Source of the DNA: an uncultured Myxococcales bacterium
Lineage (GTDB): Bacteria > Myxococcota > UBA4151
NCBI GenBank assembly: GCA_964013405.1
Contig: CAXGWI010000002.1
Location: forward strand, 1 to 64,000
DNA length: 64,000 nucleotides
Direction: 5' to 3'
A program made the translations under genes and the position numbers. The notes below the pieces were generated by a model. It ran no database searches. It worked only from the letters and a program-made list of their open reading frames with translations, and was not told the origin of the DNA. Shown one piece after another: positions 49,291 to 58,617 of this stretch; the first letter of the stretch is position 1; every line of letters begins with the position of its first letter.

Positions 49291-50346
49291 CTAGCTTCGT
49301 ATGGGGCGTTGTCCCCAGGTGATGGTCCAAAGCAGTAGGTAGACGGTGAGAACCGCAGCCAGCCTGTCCCACCAGGGCATCGCTGGACCTTTTAGAATCA
49401 GCACGATGAGCGAGAGGCTGAGCCCAGCAAAGACGATCTGAATCAAGCGGGTCAAAAGGGGGCTCGACTCCGTATCGAACTTCACTTGGTCGTCAGGGCT
49501 TTGGGGCCAGGCCTCGGGCCTTGCCTCGCCCTGCCCGCGCCACTCGGGGGGCGCAAACCAAACGTAGAGCTTCTCCGACCAACGAGGCAGGCTTCGACAA
49601 CGCTGCCAAAGTTCAACCCAGTAATGGCAGTTCGCCCAAAAGGGGTTGTAGCTTCGTAGCGGTTTCGTGATGCCGAAGACGACCGGTTCGTCTTCCTCTT
49701 CGAAGGTGCCATAGAGCCGGTCCCAGGTGATCAGGAAACCGGCGTAGTTCTTGTCGATATACCGGCCGTTGATCCCGTGGTGAACCCGGTGGTGGCTGGG
49801 GGTATTGAGGACCTTTTCCAGGGGGCCGAGTTTGCCCACGAGCTCGGTGTGAATCCAGAACTGGTAGAGGGTGTTGAGGGCGTAGACGATCCCAAAGACA
49901 AAGACATCAAAGCCGAGGAAAGCCAGGGGGAGATAAAAGGGCCAACTGGTGATGTGGGTGATCAGGGCCTGGCGGAGTGCGACGGCGAGATTGTAGTCCT
50001 CACTTTGATGGTGAACCACGTGGGCGGCCCACATGAAGTTCACCCGGTGACTGGCCCGATGCCACCAGTAATATTGATGGTCGATGATCAGGTAGGCGAG
50101 GAGAAAGACAGGCAGGGATCGACCCATCTCGACCAAGCCGTATTGCCCCTGAAACCAAGCATAGGCGGCGAGGAGTGGGGCTTGGCTAAACAAGAGGAAG
50201 AGCTGCTGTGAAATACCGCAACTCAGATCAGAGATCGCATCGAACAAGCGGTAGACCCGCTGCCCTTTCACCCGGGCCCAGACCAGCTCAGCCGCGATCA
50301 GAATCATGAAGATCGGGATGGCAGCAGCAACGAGGCGAGTGTCCAT
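49291..50346 (-). CDS. Sterol desaturase / alkylglycerol monooxygenase-like membrane enzyme
   Basis: YYWWHRASH, AHVVHH, YQFWIHTE, TPSHHRVHH and WDRLYGTF motifs. Confidence 0.9.
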   Translation of the reverse strand: MDTRLVAAAIPIFMILIAAELVWARVKGQRVYRLFDAISDLSCGISQQLFLLFSQAPLLAAYAWFQGQYGLVEMGRSLPVFLLAYLIIDHQYYWWHRASHRVNFMWAAHVVHHQSEDYNLAVALRQALITHITSWPFYLPLAFLGFDVFVFGIVYALNTLYQFWIHTELVGKLGPLEKVLNTPSHHRVHHGINGRYIDKNYAGFLITWDRLYGTFEEEDEPVVFGITKPLRSYNPFWANCHYWVELWQRCRSLPRWSEKLYVWFAPPEWRGQGEARPEAWPQSPDDQVKFDTESSPLLTRLIQIVFAGLSLSLIVLILKGPAMPWWDRLAAVLTVYLLLWTITWGQRPIRS

Positions 50347-50355
50347 GTCTAGAAC

Positions 50356-52935
50356 CTAGGGTGCGACGACCAAGTCATCCCCATCCCGGGGCAGGATCTT
50401 GCGATGACCGAAGCTGAAGTGGGCCAGTCCCGTGAGGGAGACAAAGCGGGTGCCGACCTCTCGGGCAAAGAAGTCCCCTTCTTCGAGCTCTGGAAAGATA
50501 AAGTCATCGACCCAAAGGCCTTCGAGAATGGCGAACTGGCCGTAATCATTGTCCGGGCCGTCGGGGTTGGCGTTCACGATCTCCACGTCTTCGACAGTCA
50601 CGAGGACGCCCTCCCATTGTTCTGCGGTTTCCGCATCGTCGGCGAGGTCGGCCGCTTGAAGCACTTCGGGCGCGGGCAGGTCGGCCGTTTGTGGGTGAAT
50701 GGTCACGATGGGTGAGACCAACTCGGTGAGGGTGTGGTATTCGAGTAATTCGCCTTGCACGCTCACGACCTGGCCCCGGGCGAGACCTTCGGGGAGTGCC
50801 TCTCGACTGTAGATCAGAATGCCGGAGTAAGGGCCTGTTCCTTGTTGGATCCAGAACCCGCGCCCGGGCTCGACCTCGGTCACCACGGCCTCTTCCACCA
50901 TCACGTCGGAGCCCTCTTCGACTTCGCCCCGCTGCAGAGCCTGAATGGTCACGGTGGGCGCGGGGCAGCGCAGTTCACCGGGGTTCGATGCTTCGGGGCA
51001 TTCGTCGCAAGCGTCGCCGTGTCCGTCCTCATCACCGTCGGCCTGATCGGCATTCGGCACGCTTACACAGTTGTCTTCGTCGTCAGCGATGGTGTCGCCA
51101 TCTCGATCACGGATACCGGTGCATTCGGTCACATCGGGCTCAAAGGGGCAGGGGTCGCAGGCATCTCCCAAGCCATCGCCGTCGCTGTCCGGTTGCAGGC
51201 CCTCATCGAGGGGACGAATCGGGTTAAAGAGCGAGGAGCAATTGTCCTCGGCATCGGGGATACCGTCGCCATCTTGGTCGCCGTCGTTGATTTGGCCTGT
51301 GTAGGCATTGGAGTCACCGTAGCGGTCTTCTTCCCGGCGTAAGGGTTCGCAGGTGGGCTCATCGGTGGGCACACCGCAATGAACAAGGCCGTAGTCAAGG
51401 CTTGATGCCAGCTCGTCGTAGCTCCAGTTCGTTTCTTGGCGGGCGCAGACCCGATAGGCTTTGCCGCAGATCTGAACAGGGTCGCAGTTGTCGGCAATGG
51501 CGCTCATGATCTCAGCCCGGCCCGAGAGTCTCACCCCCCCTCGAAGTACCAGCAATACATCTTCCGGTTGGGCCGAAATGACCCGGCCGTAGGGGTTGTT
51601 ACGGGGCCCCGCAAAGATCGCGATGTCCCCACGCAAGCCAACCTTCAAGTCGCCGATTTCGTCCTCGGCCCGAAAGACACGAGCCGCATCGACAGTGGCC
51701 ATACGCCATAGACCGTAATCGCCGATCCGATTGCCCAGATAGCGCTCATCGAAGGCCTCGGCGCAGCGCAATTCCCGGAGCATCGAAATGGAGCCAGAGT
51801 CGACCCAGTCGGTACCGAGAGCGACGGGCACACCGCTCGCGAGGGCCAGGCCGATGGAAGCCGTGTCCCCGTAGAGGCTAATGTTACTCCGAGGGGACCA
51901 AATGAGGCCCATTTGCAGTCGGTACATGGTCTGGAAATCATCGGCAGTCAGACCGACGCCATGGATGATCGCCGCGCCATCGAGGGCATTGGCCGCCCCC
52001 TCTCTACCATTAGTGAGGCAGAGGAACTCGTTGCGTGCTTCCGCATCGATCCCCTCAGCCACATGGGGCACATAGACTGAGTCCCCCCGGTTCTCTCGTA
52101 GTTTACGATACGCGCTGCTGTTGGCGTCGGCCACGGCCACATAACCACAGCCATCGGTCCGTTGGTCGCCACTGGCATCACCCAGGGGAAAGGTGGCGTA
52201 AGTGGCCGCCGCTTGGTCCATGCCCTCCCGTTGGTTGCCCCGATCCAAGTTTCGGAGAAAGCCATCGGCACCGCCGGAGCCATTGAGACTGGTTGTGCCG
52301 CCGAGGACGAAGCGAAGCTCAGCGGCAGCCATGGCCTGTTGACTGGCGCCTCCGCCCGATGGCGAGACTCGGGGATGGCCCCGCTTGCCCCGCCGCCAGT
52401 CGTGGCGATGGCGCCAACGAAGATCCGGATCGACACCATCGTCCGCTGCTCGCCATGGATGCCCATTGGCGAAGCCGATGTGTTCGTGGGCGTTGATCAG
52501 GCCGGGACTGATGCTCGCCTGGGGGCAGTGGATGCGCGTTGCGGCATCATCGTTACAATCACAACCCACGCAGGTGATTTCACCGTCTTCGACGATGACG
52601 GAGCCATTGGAGAGCACGGTGCCATCGGCCTGGAGTACATCGCCGCTGAGCCACAGGGTGTCGTTTCCGGATGCGATGCCACAAGGGGCCCCGGTTTCCG
52701 GCTCCGGCCCCGTATTTCCTTCGCATTGCTGAGGTGTGACGGGGTCGTCTTCGCCCCGGTTTGCTGGGGCACCGGTATCCACCGGCGTGCCGGCATCTGC
52801 AGCTTCACCACCGGCATCGGCCTGCGAGCCTACATCTTCGGCCGGTGTCGCAGGGCCTGCATCCACGCCGCCGTCATCGATCCGGGGGCATGCACAGAGG
52901 AAAAGAAGGGTGATGAGCGAAGCTTTCGAGTTCAC
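50356..52935 (-). CDS. Amidohydrolase-family lipoprotein with thrombospondin type-3 repeats and a C-terminal OB-fold-like domain
   Basis: PGLINAHEH, HVAEG, IIHG and LGTDW; four DxDxDxxxDxxDxC repeats; GFWIQ..YSGI..EYHTLTEL..WEGVLV. GTG start after GGGAG. Confidence 0.85.
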   Translation of the reverse strand: MNSKASLITLLFLCACPRIDDGGVDAGPATPAEDVGSQADAGGEAADAGTPVDTGAPANRGEDDPVTPQQCEGNTGPEPETGAPCGIASGNDTLWLSGDVLQADGTVLSNGSVIVEDGEITCVGCDCNDDAATRIHCPQASISPGLINAHEHIGFANGHPWRAADDGVDPDLRWRHRHDWRRGKRGHPRVSPSGGGASQQAMAAAELRFVLGGTTSLNGSGGADGFLRNLDRGNQREGMDQAAATYATFPLGDASGDQRTDGCGYVAVADANSSAYRKLRENRGDSVYVPHVAEGIDAEARNEFLCLTNGREGAANALDGAAIIHGVGLTADDFQTMYRLQMGLIWSPRSNISLYGDTASIGLALASGVPVALGTDWVDSGSISMLRELRCAEAFDERYLGNRIGDYGLWRMATVDAARVFRAEDEIGDLKVGLRGDIAIFAGPRNNPYGRVISAQPEDVLLVLRGGVRLSGRAEIMSAIADNCDPVQICGKAYRVCARQETNWSYDELASSLDYGLVHCGVPTDEPTCEPLRREEDRYGDSNAYTGQINDGDQDGDGIPDAEDNCSSLFNPIRPLDEGLQPDSDGDGLGDACDPCPFEPDVTECTGIRDRDGDTIADDEDNCVSVPNADQADGDEDGHGDACDECPEASNPGELRCPAPTVTIQALQRGEVEEGSDVMVEEAVVTEVEPGRGFWIQQGTGPYSGILIYSREALPEGLARGQVVSVQGELLEYHTLTELVSPIVTIHPQTADLPAPEVLQAADLADDAETAEQWEGVLVTVEDVEIVNANPDGPDNDYGQFAILEGLWVDDFIFPELEEGDFFAREVGTRFVSLTGLAHFSFGHRKILPRDGDDLVVAP

Positions 52936-53016
52936 GTGTAGACTCCCTTGCGGGGGCTGTTTTACCTGCGTTGCCAGGAAGTGCCAGGCCAAGCACGCCG
53001 CCTTCGGTCGTTTAGC

Positions 53017-53445
53017 CTAGGGCGATCGGCTACCGATCACGGTGCCTTCGCCGACGCAGTTATCCCCCTCGACCTCTACACGGCCGGAAACCCCGCCGTT
53101 GTCGGAAGTGGTGAGATCGAAGGTCATGGTGAAGCCGTCCTGGCGTTCGTGGGTGACTTGCAGCCGGCAATAGGGGCCCTGGGCTTCGGAGGTCATGGAC
53201 AGCGTCTGCATCTCACCGGGGCGCTCCAGAAAGATACCGCCGCCAACGATCTGTTTGACAAAAAAGTCATCACTGCGAGGAAGATCGGCTTCATCGCAAT
53301 CACCCCCCGTCCAATCGAGGGAGAGTTGCCAATGGGCCGACTCGTAGCAGGGGTCATCGACCGGCGCTGGGGCTTCACCACTGGGGCAAGCGCCCAGAGC
53401 CAGAAGAAGACCCAGCGCGAGGTGTGGGTGTCGGTACAGCATCAT
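53017..53445 (-). CDS. Hypothetical beta-rich lipoprotein
   Basis: Lipobox LGAC; ATGA overlap with the upstream repeat gene. Confidence 0.7.
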   Translation of the reverse strand: MMLYRHPHLALGLLLALGACPSGEAPAPVDDPCYESAHWQLSLDWTGGDCDEADLPRSDDFFVKQIVGGGIFLERPGEMQTLSMTSEAQGPYCRLQVTHERQDGFTMTFDLTTSDNGGVSGRVEVEGDNCVGEGTVIGSRSP

Positions 53446-55904
53446 GGCGTCTGGTCCACATTGTGGGGTGGTTCGCGCACAAAAATCTCCAGTCCGCCGC
53501 TTTGTTGCCAGCGGGGTTGGCCAACGTTGGCATTCGATTTGGAGGCGAAGGAGCCGTCGTCGCTAAATCGAGAACTGGAAATACAAAGGGCCGATTTGGG
53601 CCCAACCCAGGTCAGCGGTCGGACGGCAGATTCTAGAGTGTCGCTACAGCTACCGTAACAGCCGATACAAAGATCGGCGTCGATAGGCTGGGAATTGATC
53701 ACTTCACCATCCCGGCCCGGCGGCACCCGAAGTTCGAGGACCTTGCGCTTTGCCACCATGAGCCAGGGCTGGAAGCCTTGATTGGGTAGCGTGCCGGAGA
53801 CCAGGGTGAGTAGCCCCGCATCCCGGCGCATGAAGCGCCATTTGTTGTTCTGGTTGAATTCATCGACGTTGGGGCGCCGGAAGATGCCATCGATTCTGCC
53901 TTGGTCGTCGACTTGGCTCGTCGGGTCCTCGGCCAGATCCACCGTCTGCCGGGTCCGAGTTCCTGGTTCGAAGACGCCGCCGTTGATGTAGACGACAAAT
54001 TCCGGGACGCCAGAGCCAGAGTCTTCGGTCTCTTGAAAGAATTTGATGAGGGCGTCACCGGAGCGCTGGTTCAGCGGACGAAGGCCCGAGCAGGTTTCAA
54101 AGAAGTGCCTTGGAACATTGCCGTCGGCCCGCACCTTGGCGCATTCCGTCCAGCCACCGGTCCGGCCCCCGGCCGTCACGTCGAAGTCGCAGTAGACTTG
54201 GCGAGTTCGCAGGATATAGCGATCCTGATTGCCCCGGGCCGGTACGAGTCGACGGGTATTGATGTAATAGAAACCGCTCTCAAGGGCATCGTCGTAGACT
54301 TGTTGTAGCGCCAGGCAGCTCGGCGCGGCCTTCGCCTCGGTGGACCCATCGGGATAGGCCCTGCATACGGCGTTACCATCGGCATCATCGAACTGGGAAC
54401 AGGGCGTCAGGTCCTGACGTGCTTCGACCGCGTCGTCCCCATCCCCCCGATTCGGTTCTAGGTAGGTGCCGTTATTGGGTCCATCATCGCAAGGCTCGTA
54501 ACCCGGTTGGCCAGCGGCAAGGTCGAGACGAGTGATCCCATCACCACATTGAGCGGGGCTGCATTCGTTGGTGCAGGCATCTTCGTCGGTGTCGTTGCCA
54601 TCATCACAGGCTTCATGGTTGGGATCATCTTCGTTGAGGATGTCGCGACGAACGACCCCATCGCCACAACTGGCGAGCACGCAATTGTTCAGGCAAGCGT
54701 CGGCGTCGTTCCCGTCGCCATCATCACAACTTTCGGCACCCTCCTCGCCGATCGCGATGTCTGTTCTGACAAGACCATCGCCGCAGCGGGCAGCGAGGCA
54801 AACACCACAGCGCCCGTCCGCATCGTCGCGACATGCATCGGGCAAGCAGATACAACGGTCGCTGCTGTCGAGGTTGCCATCGTCGCAGGCTTCAAAGCCC
54901 ACGTTGATGCAGCGACCCATGTCGCCAGCCGTGATCACGCAGACCTCGTTTTCGCCGCAGCTTTCTGTCGTTCGGCAGGGAGCTTCCGAGCCGATGGTGA
55001 TATCATATCGCTGTTGTCCATCCCCAGCCGTATTGAGCCGACAGGTTGCGAGGCACCCATCCTCGTTGGATTCGTTGCCATCGTCGCAGGCCTCGCCGTT
55101 CACATCATCTTCGGGGAGGTCACGCCGCTGGATGCCATCACCACAGCGGGCTCGACGGCAATCGATGCATGCGTCATCCTCGACCCCATTGGAGTCATCG
55201 CATTCTTCCACGCCCGTGCGCGGGATCCCGTCACCACAACGAGCGACGATGCACTCATTCGTGCAACTGTCATTGTCACTGTCGTTGCCGTCATCGCACC
55301 GCTCTTCGACGGCATAGATGACCCCGTCGCCGCAGGCGGCCGGGATACAACTGTTGCGGCACGCGTCCGATTCGACCGTATTGCCATCGTCGCACTGTTC
55401 GACGCCGGTCCAAACGACTCCATCACCGCAACTGGCCTCGTCACAGTTGTTGAGGCACTCATCTTGGTCATCATCGTTGCCGTCATCACATGCTTCGCCG
55501 TCTTGTCGGTGCCCATCGCCACATTGGGCGACCTGACAGACGGTCGTGCAGTTGTCGTCGTTGTCGTCGTTGCCATCGTCGCAGTCTTCGACGCCGGTCC
55601 AAACGACGCCATCACCACATCGGGCCGTGGTGCAGCTGTTGGTACAAGCATCCGTTGAGACCTGATTGTTGTCGTCACACTCTTCACTGTCTGTTCGCAG
55701 GAAGCCATCGCCACAGCGAGCTTCTTGGCAGGTGGCGAGGCAGGCATCGAATTCGTTGTTGTTGCCATCATCGCAGGGCTCCCCGGGCTCAACGATGCCA
55801 TTGCCGCAGACGGCGACGCCCTCCGTCGGGGTCGTGTCTACGAGGGTCGGCAGCGGACTGGTACAGCCCGTGGTCACAAAAAGCAGGAGTCCCCATCGCT
55901 TCAT
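53442..55904 (-). CDS. DUF4215-like Cys-repeat lipoprotein with a fibrinogen-like (YCD..GGWT) C-terminal region
   Basis: Lipobox TTGC; about 12 repeats; SCLALQ..SGFYYI..VYCDFD..GGWT. Confidence 0.85.
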   Translation of the reverse strand: MKRWGLLLFVTTGCTSPLPTLVDTTPTEGVAVCGNGIVEPGEPCDDGNNNEFDACLATCQEARCGDGFLRTDSEECDDNNQVSTDACTNSCTTARCGDGVVWTGVEDCDDGNDDNDDNCTTVCQVAQCGDGHRQDGEACDDGNDDDQDECLNNCDEASCGDGVVWTGVEQCDDGNTVESDACRNSCIPAACGDGVIYAVEERCDDGNDSDNDSCTNECIVARCGDGIPRTGVEECDDSNGVEDDACIDCRRARCGDGIQRRDLPEDDVNGEACDDGNESNEDGCLATCRLNTAGDGQQRYDITIGSEAPCRTTESCGENEVCVITAGDMGRCINVGFEACDDGNLDSSDRCICLPDACRDDADGRCGVCLAARCGDGLVRTDIAIGEEGAESCDDGDGNDADACLNNCVLASCGDGVVRRDILNEDDPNHEACDDGNDTDEDACTNECSPAQCGDGITRLDLAAGQPGYEPCDDGPNNGTYLEPNRGDGDDAVEARQDLTPCSQFDDADGNAVCRAYPDGSTEAKAAPSCLALQQVYDDALESGFYYINTRRLVPARGNQDRYILRTRQVYCDFDVTAGGRTGGWTECAKVRADGNVPRHFFETCSGLRPLNQRSGDALIKFFQETEDSGSGVPEFVVYINGGVFEPGTRTRQTVDLAEDPTSQVDDQGRIDGIFRRPNVDEFNQNNKWRFMRRDAGLLTLVSGTLPNQGFQPWLMVAKRKVLELRVPPGRDGEVINSQPIDADLCIGCYGSCSDTLESAVRPLTWVGPKSALCISSSRFSDDGSFASKSNANVGQPRWQQSGGLEIFVREPPHNVDQTP

Positions 55905-56968
55905 GCGACGGCCTCCTGATGGGCCAAAGTCTGGAAGGCCTGGATGCTCTGCTCCAGGTCCCCATCGTCGACGTCCCGGTGGGTCACCGCCCGATAACGC
56001 CCATGCCCGCCGGTGATCAGAACTCCCTGCTTTTGGAGGGCGACCACGAACGCGTTTTCACCGGCCTCGTTGTGGTGATCGAGGGGATGGTCTGGGGCAA
56101 GGTCGAAGTAAACCAAGTTGGTTTGGACGCCGTCGAGGTCGACCTGCAGTCCCGGGATCTCGGCGATGGCCTCGGCCAATCGACGGGCCCGCTTGTGGTC
56201 TTTCGCTAAGCCATCCACGTGATGGTCGAGTGCGTAGATGCCGGCGGCGGCGACGACGCCGGCTTGACGCATGCCACCGCCATACATCTTGCGGAAGCGG
56301 TAGGCTCTTTGAATCAAGGCATTGGAGCCAGCGAGGACGCTCCCTAAGGGGGCGCCGAGCCCCTTGGAAAGGCAGATGGACACCGTGGTAAAAGGCGCTG
56401 CGAGTTCCGCGGCAGACCGCTCCGAGGCAACAGCGGCATTCATCAAGCGGGCCCCATCGAGATGCATCGGAATCCCCCGGGCCTGAGCGAGGGCTGCCAC
56501 CTTGAGGACATGGGCTTGGTCGAGCACCCGGCCGCCGCGGGCATTGTGGGTGTTCTCCATGCAGATCAGTCGGGTGTTGGCGAAATGGGGGTCATCGGTT
56601 TGGTGAATCTCTGACGCCAAGGCCGCGAGTGGAAGGTGCCCGGTGGCCGAATCGAGGGTTCGGATGGTGAGGCCCGCGAGGGCGGCGGCCCCGCCACTTT
56701 CGTAGTTGTAGATGTGGCAGCCCCGGTGGGCGATGATCTCATCGCCGGCCTGGGTGTGGGCCCTGAGGGCTAGTTGATTCGCCATCGTGCCCGTCGGAAC
56801 GTACAATGCCGCCTCTTTTTTGAGCAAGGCTGCGACCTGCTCCTGCAAGCGGATCACGGTGGGATCGTCACCGAACACATCATCGCCAAGGGGGGCGGCC
56901 ATCATGGCGTCACGCATCCCCGGCGACGGTTGGGTCACGGTATCACTGCGTAGGTCGATCGGCTTCAC
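55901..56968 (-). CDS. ltaE: Low-specificity L-threonine aldolase
   Basis: [41 protein letters not shown] and GGGMRQAG. Confidence 0.95.
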   Translation of the reverse strand: MKPIDLRSDTVTQPSPGMRDAMMAAPLGDDVFGDDPTVIRLQEQVAALLKKEAALYVPTGTMANQLALRAHTQAGDEIIAHRGCHIYNYESGGAAALAGLTIRTLDSATGHLPLAALASEIHQTDDPHFANTRLICMENTHNARGGRVLDQAHVLKVAALAQARGIPMHLDGARLMNAAVASERSAAELAAPFTTVSICLSKGLGAPLGSVLAGSNALIQRAYRFRKMYGGGMRQAGVVAAAGIYALDHHVDGLAKDHKRARRLAEAIAEIPGLQVDLDGVQTNLVYFDLAPDHPLDHHNEAGENAFVVALQKQGVLITGGHGRYRAVTHRDVDDGDLEQSIQAFQTLAHQEAVA

Positions 56969-57090
56969 GGTCCTCGCTCCATCCTATCCTGAACTCAGTG
57001 TGGCGCTTCAGGCGTAGCCTGGCAATGGCCTGCTGGCTTTGCGGCCCCGGAAAAACCGGGTAACCTGCTCGGGCTTAGGGGAGTCATACC

Positions 57091-58134
57091 ATGCGAAAGT
57101 GGGTTGTTTTGTTCGCTGTGCCCGTGATGGGCTTCGGTTGTGGTCCTGCAATGGACGCCGAGAATATCAGTCTCGGTGACGATGTGGATTGGGGGGCTCG
57201 GAACGCAGCCTGGGAGGTTGACGCCTGTGCGGACTTTCAGGGGGATGGCACGAACCTGCAGGAAGCCTGCTCTTCTGATGATTCCTGGTCCATGGAGGAC
57301 AAGAACGTCCATAGTCCGACGGTAGGGCAACAGCTTCGCCCGGACACCTTGGGTAAGGTCAGTCTCTGGGCGTACTACTGGGCGAACTGCGGGACTTGCG
57401 TTCAACAACTGGCCTTCTTGCAGGTTCTGAAAGATGAACTCACCAGTCAGGGCTACGACGTGGAGATCGTCGGGGTGGCCTACCGCAGCGCGGACATCGG
57501 TCAACTCGGTGCCTCGCCCCGAGCAGCCAGTGGTGCTTGCCAGGGCGCACGGTCCGGTTACGCTTCCTGTGTTCAGGGCGAAAATGACATGATTAAACTG
57601 ACCATTCCGGTGGTTTTGGATCCAGGCAGGGTGTCTGAAATGCATGCTGTGAATCGGGGCGACTGGTTTGTGTATCGCCCCGACGGCAGGCTTCACAAAT
57701 ACATCAGCAGCGAGCACACCGATGAGATGTTCGCCAATCCGGACGGTTCGTTTAATGGGCACCTGACCATGCAGGAGAATTGGAATTACCTCATCGACCA
57801 ACTGAAAACGGCAGCGATGGCACCTTATGGTGGCAAGGAACCCTGCTCAGCCCAACACGAATGCGGCGATCCCGATCAGTGGTGCCAGTTCCCCGATGGG
57901 CAGTGCGGTGGCCAAGGTGCCTGTGTGACGACCCTGCTCCCGGCGCGGGCCAATCAGAGTGTCGGTTCAGTGAGCTCGATCTGTGGCACCGATGTGACAC
58001 CCCAGTGGGTTTGCAGTTGTGACGGCTACAGCTATCGGTCCCGGTGCCTCGCCGAGGCCTACCGCCAGACAGGCAGCGATGCGACAACTCAGTCCGGTAA
58101 CATTTCTCACCTCGGAAAGTGTGAAGGCGATTGA
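57091..58134 (+). CDS. Thioredoxin-fold (CGTC) lipoprotein with a C-terminal Kazal-like domain
   Basis: Lipobox GFGC; WANCGTCVQQL..DWFVYRPDGRL; VCSCDGYSY..C. Confidence 0.75.
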   Translation: MRKWVVLFAVPVMGFGCGPAMDAENISLGDDVDWGARNAAWEVDACADFQGDGTNLQEACSSDDSWSMEDKNVHSPTVGQQLRPDTLGKVSLWAYYWANCGTCVQQLAFLQVLKDELTSQGYDVEIVGVAYRSADIGQLGASPRAASGACQGARSGYASCVQGENDMIKLTIPVVLDPGRVSEMHAVNRGDWFVYRPDGRLHKYISSEHTDEMFANPDGSFNGHLTMQENWNYLIDQLKTAAMAPYGGKEPCSAQHECGDPDQWCQFPDGQCGGQGACVTTLLPARANQSVGSVSSICGTDVTPQWVCSCDGYSYRSRCLAEAYRQTGSDATTQSGNISHLGKCEGD

Positions 58135-58607
58135 ATTATAAACTAATGGTGTGCGCCCTCGTCGTTGGCCTGACAGCCTGCGCCGGTTGGGATGAGTCGA
58201 AACAGATGAAAGACCTCTCGGACGACGAGAAACAGGCTATCTGTTCTTTTCAATACGCGGCTCTTGGCGGTGCGCCGACGAATGCGATCTGCACGGCTGT
58301 GGAGGATGGTCAGCAAGCGCCTGTTCTCATCAGCCAGGGGGAAGCAGCCGATGCTGAAGCCGAATGCTTGGCCGACGACTCTGGAACCCGTTGGGTGGAT
58401 TGCCGCACTGCCGATTACGTGGCCTGTTTGAATGCCGTCGACGAAGCGGGGGATCTGTGTGCGACTCAAACCGCGGCCGCGTGCACGGCCTGGGCCGACT
58501 GTGTTGCCAATGCCCGTTCCGGTGGTCGCAGCGGTGGTTGTGAGGTCGATCGGGATTGCGACCGCGGTCAAATTTGTTCCGACGCACGCTGTGTCGCCGA
58601 AGAGTAG
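58131..58607 (+). CDS. Cys-rich hypothetical lipoprotein
   Basis: Lipobox LTAC; 4-bp overlap with the previous gene; C-terminal CEVDRDC repeat. Confidence 0.7.
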   Translation: MNYKLMVCALVVGLTACAGWDESKQMKDLSDDEKQAICSFQYAALGGAPTNAICTAVEDGQQAPVLISQGEAADAEAECLADDSGTRWVDCRTADYVACLNAVDEAGDLCATQTAAACTAWADCVANARSGGRSGGCEVDRDCDRGQICSDARCVAEE

Positions 58608-58617
58608 AGGCCCTCAG

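Noticed and set aside
57091..58134. Selenoprotein with UGA read-through
   Set aside because: Both CxxC codons are TGC and there is no in-frame TGA.
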